Positions 1 to 9,864 of a DNA stretch of 64,000 bases are shown here, piece after piece; positions within the stretch are counted from its first letter, which is position 1, and every line of letters starts with the position of its first letter. The stretch is from Spirochaetaceae bacterium. Its GTDB lineage: Bacteria > Spirochaetota > Spirochaetia > DSM-2461. The stretch covers positions 2,912,001 through 2,976,000 of the forward strand of contig OZ245056.1 in assembly GCA_965224705.1 (NCBI GenBank). Direction: 5' to 3'. The translations under genes were made by a program, and so were the position numbers. The notes beneath the pieces are model-generated. The model saw nothing but the letters and a program-made list of their open reading frames with translations. It had not been told where the DNA came from and did no database searches.

Positions 1-102
1 ACCGATATCAGGATCTTCTTCTTCATTTTTTTTAAAATCTTGTGATGAAGCCATTGAAACAATCAGAAATAAATAAATTGAAAACGACCATATTTTTTTC
101 AT
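1..102 (-). CDS. 5' part of an NTF2-fold (YbbC/YhhH-like) immunity protein, runs off the window; near-identical copy of 9467-9838
   Basis: Bases 1-132 match about 9737-9868; translates MKKIWSFSIYLFLIVSMASSQDFKKNEEEDPDIG. Confidence 0.8.
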   Translation of the reverse strand, partial: MKKIWSFSIYLFLIVSMASSQDFKKNEEEDPDIG

Positions 103-136
103 GTTTACCTCAATCAATTATTTTCCTTATATAGGT

Positions 137-292
137 TTTCAGTGTAACTTCGCCGGGGTCGGAGTTCAAGAGGTATTGGATAAAAGAATCCCCTCCCGGG
201 GAACGATGCTGCGGGAAAAGCCCTGCGTCCAGACGATCTCTGCAGCTTTTTAAGAGAATCTCATCCGAAAAGGGGTAGCTGACACGGGCCAG
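137..292 (-). pseudogene. RHS-core fragment
   Basis: Near-identical to 6128-6282 (LARVSYPF...SDPGEVTLK). Confidence 0.85.
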
Positions 293-448
293 GCGGTTTA
301 TAGAAAATCATAGCGCATGGAACCGGTTTCCCTGTAAGCCGATACCCCGACCGGACGGCCCCAATCATCGTAGATGTAATGGGACCACGGCTTTTCTCCC
401 TGATTACGGGTGAAGATAGATATGGTAGCGCACCCGGTGTTGATTTGT

Positions 449-1402
449 TTAATGATATTCCATTATGCAGAGCAGCAGCCAATTGTCATCCGAGCGAGTT
501 AAAAAGCTGTAGTGCGTTTCATCCACTTTTTGTGGGAAAAATAATTCTCTGGGGAAAGATTCAAGAGCTACAACCTTTTGTGTTCCGGCTTCAAGATCGA
601 GCTCCACTACTTCGTATTCATTCTTTTGCCCACTCAGGTTTAGAAACCGTTGTCCGTCAATGTGAATGAAAGATCTAAGTCCAATTCCTTCTGATGCAAA
701 TTCTACATTCGGGAATGCCTGCCCGGTTCGAGTTTCTGTATCAAAGATATAATATTGGTACTCACCTTCATTTCGGGTGCGGCAAAGTACCTGTAGTGGA
801 TTTCCATACATGGCGTAAATCTGCATCGCTTCACCGAGTAAATCAATCCGCTCAATAAACTCCCGGATTTCCATATTGAAAACGAGAATATCCTTATCAT
901 AAAATGGATGTATATATACAAACTTTTTTTCCGGGTTGTATGTATACCGATAAACGATTCCCCGCAACTCTGGGACTTCCTCCCATGCGTCGTCATCAAG
1001 ATGCAACAAGTAGTATAAGGGAACAGTGGTGTTTTCTTCTGGTCGGTGTTCACTTACAACGACATGAAGAACATTGGTGGTATGGTCATGATATAAGTTC
1101 CTGATATTCCTAATCCGTCTTTCATCCCATTCCGCCGGAGAGGAAATAGAGCGGGTTTCCTGTGTCCTCAGATTGTATACAGTAAAATTGATTCCCGGTT
1201 CCCGCATTGGCAGGATGATAGTGTCCTCTCCCATAAAAGCATATTCAACAGATGCCCCCGTTTGGGCTATCGGGAAGGCTATAATATTGTGCTCTTCCCG
1301 CAATTCTTTCCGAAGTTCTGCTTCCGACTGCCCTCCGGCAAACAGGAATGATGAGGCCATACTGGATAGGAATAGACTGAGACTAATTATTCTTGGATTC
1401 AT
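449..1402 (-). CDS. Exported hypothetical protein, candidate immunity protein
   Basis: ATG at 1402 overlaps the end of the upstream RHS tip; spirochaetal signal peptide ending FLFAGGQSE; beta-rich mature part. Confidence 0.65.
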   Translation of the reverse strand: MNPRIISLSLFLSSMASSFLFAGGQSEAELRKELREEHNIIAFPIAQTGASVEYAFMGEDTIILPMREPGINFTVYNLRTQETRSISSPAEWDERRIRNIRNLYHDHTTNVLHVVVSEHRPEENTTVPLYYLLHLDDDAWEEVPELRGIVYRYTYNPEKKFVYIHPFYDKDILVFNMEIREFIERIDLLGEAMQIYAMYGNPLQVLCRTRNEGEYQYYIFDTETRTGQAFPNVEFASEGIGLRSFIHIDGQRFLNLSGQKNEYEVVELDLEAGTQKVVALESFPRELFFPQKVDETHYSFLTRSDDNWLLLCIMEYH

Positions 1403-2111
1403 CAGTCTTTCCACTACCATCACCAATACCAAGGCCACTACCATCGCCACCACCACTTCCAATGCCCAATAGGGAGGAAAGAAAGGTAGTGATTTTCTCC
1501 GGTCCCACAGAGGGTGTACCTGAAGTATTGGTTCCTGTTGTTATGGATTTAGGTATCTTTTTGTTAAGAGCTTCATTGGTCTGATTCCACCATATCTCCT
1601 TACCTGGCGGGTTATATGATCTGACATCGGCTACACCGGTTTCTGATTTCCATCGGCGGCCTAAAGCATCGTAGGTGTAGGAGGGGGCGTTGGAGCCGCT
1701 TTCAAATCCGGCAAGGCCCACCGTGCCCCGGCGGCTCATCTGGACGCCTCTCATCTGGCTCCTCTGGATCAGCTGATTCTCCCGGACGCAGCGGCTTTCA
1801 ATCATCCCCCAGCCGTTCTGGATGCTCACGCGGTTTCCGGCCCTGTCGTACTGATAGTACTCACTCCACTGGCAGCCGCTAAAATGCACCCTTTGCGTTC
1901 CAGGCGGGGCGATCTCTTTCCAAACCGCCAGAACTTCGGCATCACCGCTGTTCTTCAGGGTGCGGAACTGATTCAAAGCCCCCTCTCCCGGTGAAAAATC
2001 GTAGGCGCTGCTTAAATCGGGGTCAAAAAGTTCAGGATAGACTTTTGATTTATCGCTGACCAGTTTCATGATATCGGCTTTCAGTGTAACTTCGCCGGGG
2101 TCGGAGGTCAA
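1383..2111 (-). pseudogene. Internally deleted RHS-core fragment fused to a Gly/Ser/Thr-rich C-terminal tip
   Basis: About 1650-2130 matches 5610-6180 with an internal deletion; jumps from YDALGRR to unique sequence without the DPxGL motif; a further YD piece (YTYGQRGELLSV) lies at about 2160-2250. Confidence 0.8.
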
Positions 2112-2251
2112 GAGGTATTAGATAAAAGAATCCTCCTCGCTGCGGGAAAAGCCGCGCTGCATTCAGGCTCTCTTTATCCTCTTCGTCACTAACGCTTAAA
2201 AGTTCACCCCTTTGCCCGTAGGTGTAGACCTTGCTGATTATCCCGTCCGCT

Positions 2252-2324
2252 AAAACATGGGTCTTATTGGAGATGTTCCGAATTCTACCGAGAGATTGTG
2301 GTGAACGATTCTTGAGGCAGCACG
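2252..2324. repeat. 73-bp leader repeat in front of RHS orphan modules (copy 1; copy 2 at 6327-6399)
   Basis: aaaacatgggtcttattggagatg...gaggcagcacg is present at both positions with few mismatches. Confidence 0.85.
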
Positions 2325-2377
2325 GGAAAGACCAGAATAATTAGTTGAAAGTAGAATTATCATTTAGGTTAAAATAA

Positions 2378-2932
2378 TCACCAGCCTTTTATATTTAGGG
2401 ATTGATATTTGTCTTTTCGATAATTCAAAAAATATGAAATAGTCTTTTTTTCTTCCTTGCCGTTCTGAACAATACCCAGTTCTACTTGTAATGTAATCGG
2501 TTTTTTATTATCAACAAGAATAGACTTGTCACTAAACAAAGTTATACCTGCATATGGATACTTTATCTTCAAATCCCCCCGATAATTTTCCTTAAAGGGG
2601 ACTTTACTGTTCGGAGTGTCAGAGATTTCTCGTTTGGAACCATTTTCAAAATAAGTGAAATTATATTTATATACTTTCATGTATTCATAACCTTCACTGT
2701 TAGCGAATGCACCTAAATGACCAGAATAAGAATTAGTTTGTAAATCTCGAAAAAAGGGATGAATAATAGAACCGGAAACTATATAATTGTTATCAATAAA
2801 TTCATCAAACTTTAGCTCTTTGATAAAATCTTCTGTTTTTTCATTGTATATACTTTTATATTCACTTATACTACATCCTAACATTATCAAAATTGTTAGT
2901 GAAATTAGAACTAAATTTGATATCTTTTTCAT
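2378..2932 (-). CDS. Lipoprotein, candidate immunity protein for the tip at 2947-3560
   Basis: MKKISNLVLISLTILIMLGC lipobox; very AT-rich; directly downstream of the tip. Confidence 0.7.
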   Translation of the reverse strand: MKKISNLVLISLTILIMLGCSISEYKSIYNEKTEDFIKELKFDEFIDNNYIVSGSIIHPFFRDLQTNSYSGHLGAFANSEGYEYMKVYKYNFTYFENGSKREISDTPNSKVPFKENYRGDLKIKYPYAGITLFSDKSILVDNKKPITLQVELGIVQNGKEEKKTISYFLNYRKDKYQSLNIKGW

Positions 2933-2946
2933 AAATAATCTCACTA

Positions 2947-3560
2947 TTATTTTCTATCAATTCCAAGTATATAACACGGGGCAACATCCATAACACCGTG
3001 ACCTACCATTGTGCCGCCAACTTTCAACCATTCCCCAGCATCGTACCACTTTTTTAGATTTGGAGCAACATTTATATAATTGTATGTACCATGATACTTG
3101 TCAGTTAAAATTTGACCAGTATCTCCATCATAAACAACCTCACGTCCGTCTAAATCATTAACCCATTTTTCATCTCTTGTTTCACCATTTTGATGAAAAG
3201 CACCCTTATACTCATGTCGCCATTCAGGCTGATTACCAATTTCATCTTTTGAAGAAAGATTTATATTATTTGCATCTCGGTTCTCAAAATTAAACTTTGT
3301 TAAGCCTGTGACAAGAGCATCCACTTTGCTTTTCACTTTATCCCAAAGACCAGGTTCGGAATTCGCAGGGGTTCCACCACCCAAAGTCCCCCCCGAGGCA
3401 CCATATAATTCCTCACTGCCGTCTGACGCGGCCCCATCCTCAGCCGCCAGCCCCCCGCAGGGATCCACATAATTCACCGGATCATTCCCCGTGTACACAT
3501 ACCAGTTCTGCCCATCCCGAATTAGGATCCACCGCAGTAAACCGCCCCAATTCAGGCCGT
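2947..3560 (-). pseudogene. Orphan RHS C-terminal toxin tip with a frameshifted core end
   Basis: RPELGRFTAVDP / YTGNDPVNYVDPCG core-end motif followed by a unique AT-rich tip of about 165 aa. Confidence 0.8.
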
Positions 3561-3564
3561 GCTA

Positions 3565-3812
3565 AAGAAATCTTCCGTTCGTTGCTGGAAGACTCAATAC
3601 CCATAACTGATAGAGTACCATTCTTGAGTTTCGCCTTCCACCCGTGGATGGTTGCGACCGAAATCCCATACTCCTCCGACAACTCAGGTGCTGTCCTTTT
3701 CTCCGGACCAATCATCTGCTGCAGGATGGGGTGTTTCGAAACTGAGCGCTGTACCGTTGCATATTGTCACCTCCCAAGCTGATTCAGCTTGTCTGACAAC
3801 TACTTTGGCACA
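3565..3812 (-). mobile_element. IS3-family left-end remnant (orfA HTH)
   Basis: MIGPEKRTAPELSEEYGISVATIHGWK resembles IS3 OrfA; TG-initiated end at 3812. Confidence 0.6.
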
Positions 3813-3862
3813 GCGCGCCCTTCAAAAGAAGAGGGCTGACTGTGATAGGTATGTTTCTCGTT

Positions 3863-4261
3863 TCACCGCTCTGGCCAGAGCGTGTTAATAACATATTTAC
3901 AATTTTCTTTTAAATTAGGGAATTCAGTAATAAAAGTTGTTAAATCAATTTTTATTGTCTCATAATCATCTATTTTTTCTGAATAAATATCCTCTCGATA
4001 AAAATGGGTAAAATAGTACATAACATTATTTCCAGCTGATAAACTTTTCATATCATCTATAAAAACTGAAACTTGGTTATTATTACTTTTTCCCAAAATA
4101 TCAGTTGAGCAACCATTATAGATACAAAAATAAATAAATAACTTTTTCGCACTAAGAAATACACTTTGTGAAATTTTTGAACTATTCGCATCTTTGTAGC
4201 ACAAGTGAAGCGTGCTGATATTCATCTGTGTTGGAATACCAATTGTTATAAAATAACTCAT
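3863..4261 (-). CDS. Hypothetical AT-rich protein, possible second or orphan immunity protein
   Basis: 132-aa ORF abutting 4262-4489. Confidence 0.55.
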   Translation of the reverse strand: MSYFITIGIPTQMNISTLHLCYKDANSSKISQSVFLSAKKLFIYFCIYNGCSTDILGKSNNNQVSVFIDDMKSLSAGNNVMYYFTHFYREDIYSEKIDDYETIKIDLTTFITEFPNLKENCKYVINTLWPER

Positions 4262-4489
4262 CTAAAAATATGATTTCCCATAAACTTTTGTAATAGCTTC
4301 GTTGCCCTGATTTACACCATACTCTTTAACTGAAATTTCCTCAATTCCAAGTATATTTAATCGTTCTTCTTTTGCTTTATCGAATGCCAAATTTATGACA
4401 TTTTGTTCATTCTCCGCTAATACTTCAATTGTAACTAAATACCTTCTATCTAAATCTTCACCTTCAAGCATTACATTAAAACGGTTCAT
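4262..4489 (-). CDS. Small acidic candidate immunity protein for the RHS tip at 4507-6333
   Basis: 75 aa, starts 17 nt after the toxin stop with an AGGA RBS; acidic, opposite a basic tip. Confidence 0.65.
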   Translation of the reverse strand: MNRFNVMLEGEDLDRRYLVTIEVLAENEQNVINLAFDKAKEERLNILGIEEISVKEYGVNQGNEAITKVYGKSYF

Positions 4490-4506
4490 TTAATTTGTCC
4501 TATCCT

Positions 4507-6333
4507 TTACCAAAAAGAGTGACCACCCTTTCTATTCTTTCCATAATAATGCGGCGAGTAACCTTCTCCATGCGGCAAGTTTCTAACGGCACCGCCTGAT
4601 GCCTCTCTTTGTAATTTTTTAGCCATCTTTTTAGACGAAGACACTACATCGCCACCATTTTTTAGTCTCTTAACAGCGTTTGTTTTTGATATCTGCTTTC
4701 CGACATCTAATCCACCTTCAACTCTATTTGCCACTCTAACAGCATCACTAACTTTATCAGCTGCTTTTACTCCATTTTTTACCCACTTCCCACCAGTAGC
4801 AAACTGACCAGCGATAGGTATCATAGCAGCAGCACTTAATCCTGCATCTACCCAATTACCACGTCCAAGCGAGATTAACGTATTAATTGCGTCAGGAATA
4901 ATACCAACAGCAGGAATTAAACCTGCTCCATCTAAGCCTGCCTGTAACCCATCGAGCCACGTAAATCCAGATTTATCCGAACCTCCCCCCGATGTACCAT
5001 ATAATTCCTCACTGCCGTCTGGCGCAGCCCCATCCTCAGCACTCAACCCCCAAAGATCAACATAATTGACCGGATCATTCCCCGTATACACATACCAATT
5101 CATCCCATCCCGAATCGGATCCACCGTCGTAAACCGTCCCAATTCAGGCCGGTAATCTCTGTAACCGTAGTTATACAGCCCCGTAAGCGGATCAAAAGGC
5201 TTCCCAACATACCCCCTCCGGTCGGTTTCAATGCTTGCTTCTAAAGGGGAGCCAAACACATCGTAATCGTATGAATCTTCCAGCTGACCCGAAACGGTAA
5301 AGGCCGTCTGGACCGTCCCATGGAAATCACCAGTGTAATAACTCTGATTCCCCCCGCCGTCTATCTCTGCCAAAGCACGGCTTCCGGCGATCAGAAAACT
5401 CCGGCTCCGGTGGCCGCTGACCGCCGGCCTCACATCCGGTTCGTAGCGACGGTAGCGGGTGGGGGCGGCGTTGTTAAGAGCATCCACCCGAAGATCATTT
5501 TCCAGCTGCATGGGGATGCTGCCGATTTGGGTGCGCTCTTCCATGGGATTCAAGCCGAAATCCCCGTAGCGGTAGAGGGTACGCTCTCCGGCCGATGTCG
5601 TGCGGCTCTGGCGGCGGCCTAAAGCATCGTAGGTGTAGGAGAGGGCGTTGGAGCCGCTTTCAAATCCGGCAAGGCCCACCGTGCCCCGGCGGCTCATCTG
5701 GACGCCGGTCATCCGATTGCGGGCGTTATAGCTGTAATCAGCCGTCGAGCGTTCCACCCGTTCCTGAATCAGATTGCCGTTTCCATCGTAGTCAAAATGC
5801 ATTTGGCCCCTCTGGATCAGCTGATTCTCCCGGACGCAGCGGCTTTCAATCATCCCCCAGCCGTTCTGGATGCTCACGCGGTTTCCGGCCCTGTCGTACT
5901 GATAGTACTCACTCCACTGGCAGCCGCTAAAATGCACCCTTTGCGTTCCAGGCGGGGCTATCTCTTTCCAAACCGCCAGAACTTCGGCATCACCGCTGTT
6001 TTTCAGGGTGCGGAACTGATTCAAAGCCCCCTCATCCGGTGAAAAATAGTAGGCGATGCTTAAAGCGGGGTCGAAAAGTTCAGGATAGACTTTTGATTTA
6101 TCGCTGACCAGCTTCATAATATCGGCTTTCAGTGTAACTTCGCCGGGGTCGGAGTTCAAGAGGTATTGGATAAAAGAATCCCCTCCGGGGGAACGCTGCT
6201 GCGGGAAAAGCCCTGCGTCCAGACGATCTCTGTAGCTTTTTAAGAGAATCTCATCCAAAAAGGGGTAGCTGACACGGGCCAGACGGTCCATATCGTCGTA
6301 CTCGAATTCCCGCACCTTGCCGTAGCAAAACAT
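4507..6333 (-). CDS. N-terminally truncated RHS/YD-repeat protein with RHS core end, pre-toxin helical region and C-terminal toxin tip
   Basis: YD repeats (YDRAGNR, YDGNGNL, YDALGRR); YNYGYRDYRPELGRFTTVDP...NDPVNYVDLWGL; LDGAGLIP...AAMIP pre-toxin region; His-containing tip. Confidence 0.9.
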   Translation of the reverse strand: MFCYGKVREFEYDDMDRLARVSYPFLDEILLKSYRDRLDAGLFPQQRSPGGDSFIQYLLNSDPGEVTLKADIMKLVSDKSKVYPELFDPALSIAYYFSPDEGALNQFRTLKNSGDAEVLAVWKEIAPPGTQRVHFSGCQWSEYYQYDRAGNRVSIQNGWGMIESRCVRENQLIQRGQMHFDYDGNGNLIQERVERSTADYSYNARNRMTGVQMSRRGTVGLAGFESGSNALSYTYDALGRRQSRTTSAGERTLYRYGDFGLNPMEERTQIGSIPMQLENDLRVDALNNAAPTRYRRYEPDVRPAVSGHRSRSFLIAGSRALAEIDGGGNQSYYTGDFHGTVQTAFTVSGQLEDSYDYDVFGSPLEASIETDRRGYVGKPFDPLTGLYNYGYRDYRPELGRFTTVDPIRDGMNWYVYTGNDPVNYVDLWGLSAEDGAAPDGSEELYGTSGGGSDKSGFTWLDGLQAGLDGAGLIPAVGIIPDAINTLISLGRGNWVDAGLSAAAMIPIAGQFATGGKWVKNGVKAADKVSDAVRVANRVEGGLDVGKQISKTNAVKRLKNGGDVVSSSKKMAKKLQREASGGAVRNLPHGEGYSPHYYGKNRKGGHSFW

Positions 6334-6399
6334 GGGTCTTATTGGAGATGTCCCGAATTTTGCCGAGAGATTGTGGTGAACGATTTTTGAGGCAGCACG
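6327..6399. repeat. 73-bp leader repeat (copy 2)
   Basis: Matches 2252-2324. Confidence 0.85.
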
Positions 6400-6447
6400 C
6401 GGGTGCTTTTTAAGAGGCTGGAATTTTCTGACGACATGGATTCACCT

Positions 6448-7218
6448 CTACCATCCACTCAAAAGAAGATAGCTAATACTGGTATCCTGCCACACCGTGC
6501 CAGGGTACACTTCCAGAATCTCCAATTTCACCGGGTAATCCGGGTTGATGGCTATGGGAAACGGGTGGGGAGAATTCGGTATCCCGACATCACTGGATTC
6601 CCCGTTCTGCCATACCCGGATCTTCTTTATACGGGAATTCTTCCTGTAGAGGGACGGATTTGAATAGGAGATGAACCCGTTCATAAAATGAATGCGTATA
6701 GATCCTGGTGCTGTTGTCTTAGGGAATTCAATCCATTCCCCAATGCCCGGCCCGGGTACTCCCTCCACCCACGGGTTCAGATCCAAATCTTCCAAATTGG
6801 ATGCCTTGTAGGCAACTGCAACTTCCGACAGAAAGGACGATGCATGAACAACTTCATAAGGAGTACTAAGAAACTCCAACTTCATGATTCCTGCGGATAT
6901 AGCCCTGTAGCAGAGTTCACCATCGGAATCGAACCAATACATGATGTCGTCGTTGAACAGAACAAGCTTGCGGTTTTCTACATCTCCATCAATGGTGAGA
7001 AAAGGAACTCCATGTTCATAATCCAATCGATACTCGCGACGGACGGCTACATCTTTATGTGAGGGAACTCTATCCCATGTGGTATACAGTAAATAATTAT
7101 CAAAAAATTCGTATTCCGACTCCCATTCACGATACACACGGCCATCCAGGCTTTGAGCGAAGACTGAGGCATTTAACAGAAACGACAGAATTACTAATGC
7201 AAAATTTCTTATTATTAT
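6448..7218 (-). CDS. Exported protein with a discoidin-like (NADase-type glycan-binding) C-terminal domain; start codon reads ATA
   Basis: PWVEGVPGPGIGEWI, NGFIS..LYRKNSRIK and LEILEVYPG..WQDTSIS motifs; in-frame signal peptide extends up to 7218 behind AGGAG. Confidence 0.65.
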   Translation of the reverse strand: MIIRNFALVILSFLLNASVFAQSLDGRVYREWESEYEFFDNYLLYTTWDRVPSHKDVAVRREYRLDYEHGVPFLTIDGDVENRKLVLFNDDIMYWFDSDGELCYRAISAGIMKLEFLSTPYEVVHASSFLSEVAVAYKASNLEDLDLNPWVEGVPGPGIGEWIEFPKTTAPGSIRIHFMNGFISYSNPSLYRKNSRIKKIRVWQNGESSDVGIPNSPHPFPIAINPDYPVKLEILEVYPGTVWQDTSISYLLLSGW

Positions 7219-7415
7219 TGATTCTCCTTCCCCGAAGCGATCGTTACCGGAATACTATCTCCAGGCTTGAACCCCAAGCCGTTCAGTTCATTTTTTCCTT
7301 TATCAAAGTACTCATCGGGAATTACCTGGCATTCGGCAACGATAGAGCCCAATAACGTAAATCGACCGGCACGGTGAATCAGATAGGCATCCATAGGGCC
7401 AACTGGTGTCTTTGG
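7215..7415 (-). pseudogene. 3' remnant of a probable toxin tip, truncated by an IS
   Basis: Open frame ...MDAYLIHRAG...CQVIP...GFKPGDSIPVTIASGKENQ* whose stop overlaps the next start. Confidence 0.45.
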
Positions 7416-7419
7416 ATTA

Positions 7420-8236
7420 ATTAAGTGAATGGCATCGGGAAATCTCTGTCCTTAAGAAGGGAGAGGAGCAGTCCAAAGAGCTTACTGAGATAGAGAAACA
7501 GGTGGACCGGAGCAGCAAAGAATCTCTTGCGGCACTTAATAAGGAGGCGGCCTGGGGTGGAAAGAAGAACTCATCGGGAAATACTTACTATTGGAAGGGA
7601 GGTAAGCTGCATCTTGATGTTACCGACAGCGGACTGCCGGTAACCGTACTCTATACAGGGGCGGATGTTCACGATTCGCAGCTTGCGATTCCGATGGAGC
7701 AGATCACCTTTTCAAAAATAAAGTACTGTTACACGGTGATGGATTCAGCCTATAACTCTTGCGTAATAGAAGAAATTATCAAGAGTCAGGGACACGTGCC
7801 GATCATAGACCAAAAAAACCCAAAGGATGGGTAAAGATTCCTCTTGATCCTGCGAAGAAGGAACGTTACAAAATACGTTCCTCGGCGGAGCGGGCCAACT
7901 CCCATCTGAAGGATTCGTTTTTTCCCAAGCAGCTTTGCGTCAGAGGGAATGAGAAGGTGTTTTTTCAGTTAATGTGTGGAGTTCTTTGTCTTACCGCACA
8001 AAAGATACTTCAATATTTCATTCTTCCAGCTCTGAACAAAGAAGCGGCATAGAAGGAATGGGCCGAGATTCCTGTTTTTGGGGAGAAGTATGCCCGAAAC
8101 ATAGAAAAATGGCTTTTTTCATGTAAAAGGCCTGGCAAAAGCTTCATTTTCAATGAGAATTTGGTCGCAGTAGCATCAGAAGTAGCAACACTCCTCCGCT
8201 GACTGATATTTTCATGGAGAGTTTTTGAATTAGCTC
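7420..8236 (+). mobile_element. DDE transposase 3' remnant (IS5/IS1182-like), frameshifted, with right terminal repeat
   Basis: KLHLDV..G.P, VHDSQ, MDSAY and RSSAERANS motifs; frameshift in an A-run near 7815; end agtttttgaattagctc. Confidence 0.75.
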
Positions 8237-8282
8237 AGAAGCTATGGATTTAGGGGTTAGCTAATTTTTGGGGTAGCACGGC

Positions 8283-8639
8283 TCATATAATTATAAACAC
8301 AAGGAAGCGCAAAAGTATAATGATATAATAAACAATCTCCCAAGCTATCAGTAAGATTTTCGTCACCTGCTTTTTTTTCCAAGTATACAGGGCAACAAAA
8401 AAAAACTGTAAAAACACCCTCACACCCTCACGTATCCAGTCATCGACCATATAGCCATCATCAAATGGAGTGAGATAAGGGTAGTAGGTTGGATAAGTGA
8501 AAAAAAGCTGGGTGTAGAGTTCTATAATTTCGGGATCGAAATCAATAATCCATTCATAAGTAAGAAGCAGGAAAATTAAAAGAAGCGGAGCCTCTAAGAG
8601 AAGAAGGGTTCTAAAATACCTTAGCAGAAATCTCTTCAT
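8283..8639 (-). CDS. Membrane protein, candidate immunity protein for the tip at 8641-9438
   Basis: Three hydrophobic segments; starts 1 nt after the tip stop. Confidence 0.7.
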   Translation of the reverse strand: MKRFLLRYFRTLLLLEAPLLLIFLLLTYEWIIDFDPEIIELYTQLFFTYPTYYPYLTPFDDGYMVDDWIREGVRVFLQFFFVALYTWKKKQVTKILLIAWEIVYYIIILLRFLVFIII

Positions 8640-8640
8640 A

Positions 8641-9438
8641 TCAGAACTCCCTATAGTCGCTATCCTCATTATGGGGATTTATGTCATACTTCTTGTGCGT
8701 TTTGTAAGAATCCCCATAATCATAAGTCCCTTGAAACTCGCCGGTAACACGTTCTTTAGTTTCATTGTCAAAACATATCTGCATGCCTTCGGTCGGAGTG
8801 CCTTTCTTCCCTCTAAATCCTATAGTGCTATCATTATCATGGTGGTTAATTTTGATACCTAATTTTTTGAGGAAGTTTAACACAGTCTTTGGTTGAGCAT
8901 CTGTTGTCCTATCCGCAATGTCTCTTTCCCATAACCCGCCTTGTTCATCCTGGTATTCTTCTTCGCTGGGAATCTGATATGTCATTCCTGCAACAGTGTA
9001 TTTCTGCATCACTGGAGTCAGCATATCCGTTGTTGCGTCCTTTTGGAAATAATTTCTGTCTTTGTGGACATCAAATCCGGGGATTCCTCCTGCAAATGCA
9101 TCATCTATTGGCGTCCTATGGACTGTGCCATTCTTCGGCATCCAATAGAATGCTTTCTCATCTCTGCTATAGCTTAAATTGATCCCACTTAAATACTCTT
9201 CTTTTGTAGCATCCTCAGTAACCAGTCCCCAAAGATCCACATAATTCACCGGATCATTCCCCGTATACACATACCAATTCATCCCATCCCGAATCGGGTC
9301 AACCGTCGTAACCCCCCCAATTCAGGCCGGTAATCTCTGTAACCGTAGTTATACAGCCCCGTAAGCGGATCAAAAGGCTTCCCAACATACCCCCTCCGGT
9401 CGATTTCAATGCTTGCTGCTAAAGGGGAGCCAAACACA
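8641..9438 (-). pseudogene. Orphan RHS toxin tip with a frameshifted core fragment
   Basis: 9225-9438 matches about 5045-5260; MNWYVYTGNDPVNYVDLWGL followed by a unique tip of about 190 aa. Confidence 0.85.
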
Positions 9439-9466
9439 GTTAACAGGGTCATTATTTGGGTGTTTT

Positions 9467-9838
9467 TTATTTTCCATGAATATAGCCAATTATTCTTCCA
9501 TCTGATTTTGATATCTTAATATGTGGTACTCCACCACCCCAATAGCCACTTTCTATAGTATGTGGGAATGTCCCTTTGATATACCAGACAGTTCCATTAT
9601 CTGTCAACGCTGCAATAAATGGCCTTTTCTCCAGAACTTCCTCTCCATAGACATTGACTAGTATTGCCTCTGCTATTTTGATTGCGACTTCTTCATTTGG
9701 GACGAAACCTTCTTTTTTCCATATAACTAGTCTAGCACCGATATCAGGATCTTCTTCTTCACTTTTTTTAAAATCTTGTGATGAAGCCATTGAAACAATT
9801 AGAAATAAATAAATTGAAAACGACCATATTTTCTTCAT
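9467..9838 (-). CDS. NTF2-fold immunity protein (YbbC/YhhH-like) with signal peptide
   Basis: AIKIAEAIL..YG...P......W.IKGT....GG...I.ISK.DG.I....HGK pattern typical of RHS-associated YbbC/YhhH proteins. Confidence 0.8.
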   Translation of the reverse strand: MKKIWSFSIYLFLIVSMASSQDFKKSEEEDPDIGARLVIWKKEGFVPNEEVAIKIAEAILVNVYGEEVLEKRPFIAALTDNGTVWYIKGTFPHTIESGYWGGGVPHIKISKSDGRIIGYIHGK

Positions 9839-9864
9839 GTTTACCTCAATCAATTATTTTCCTT

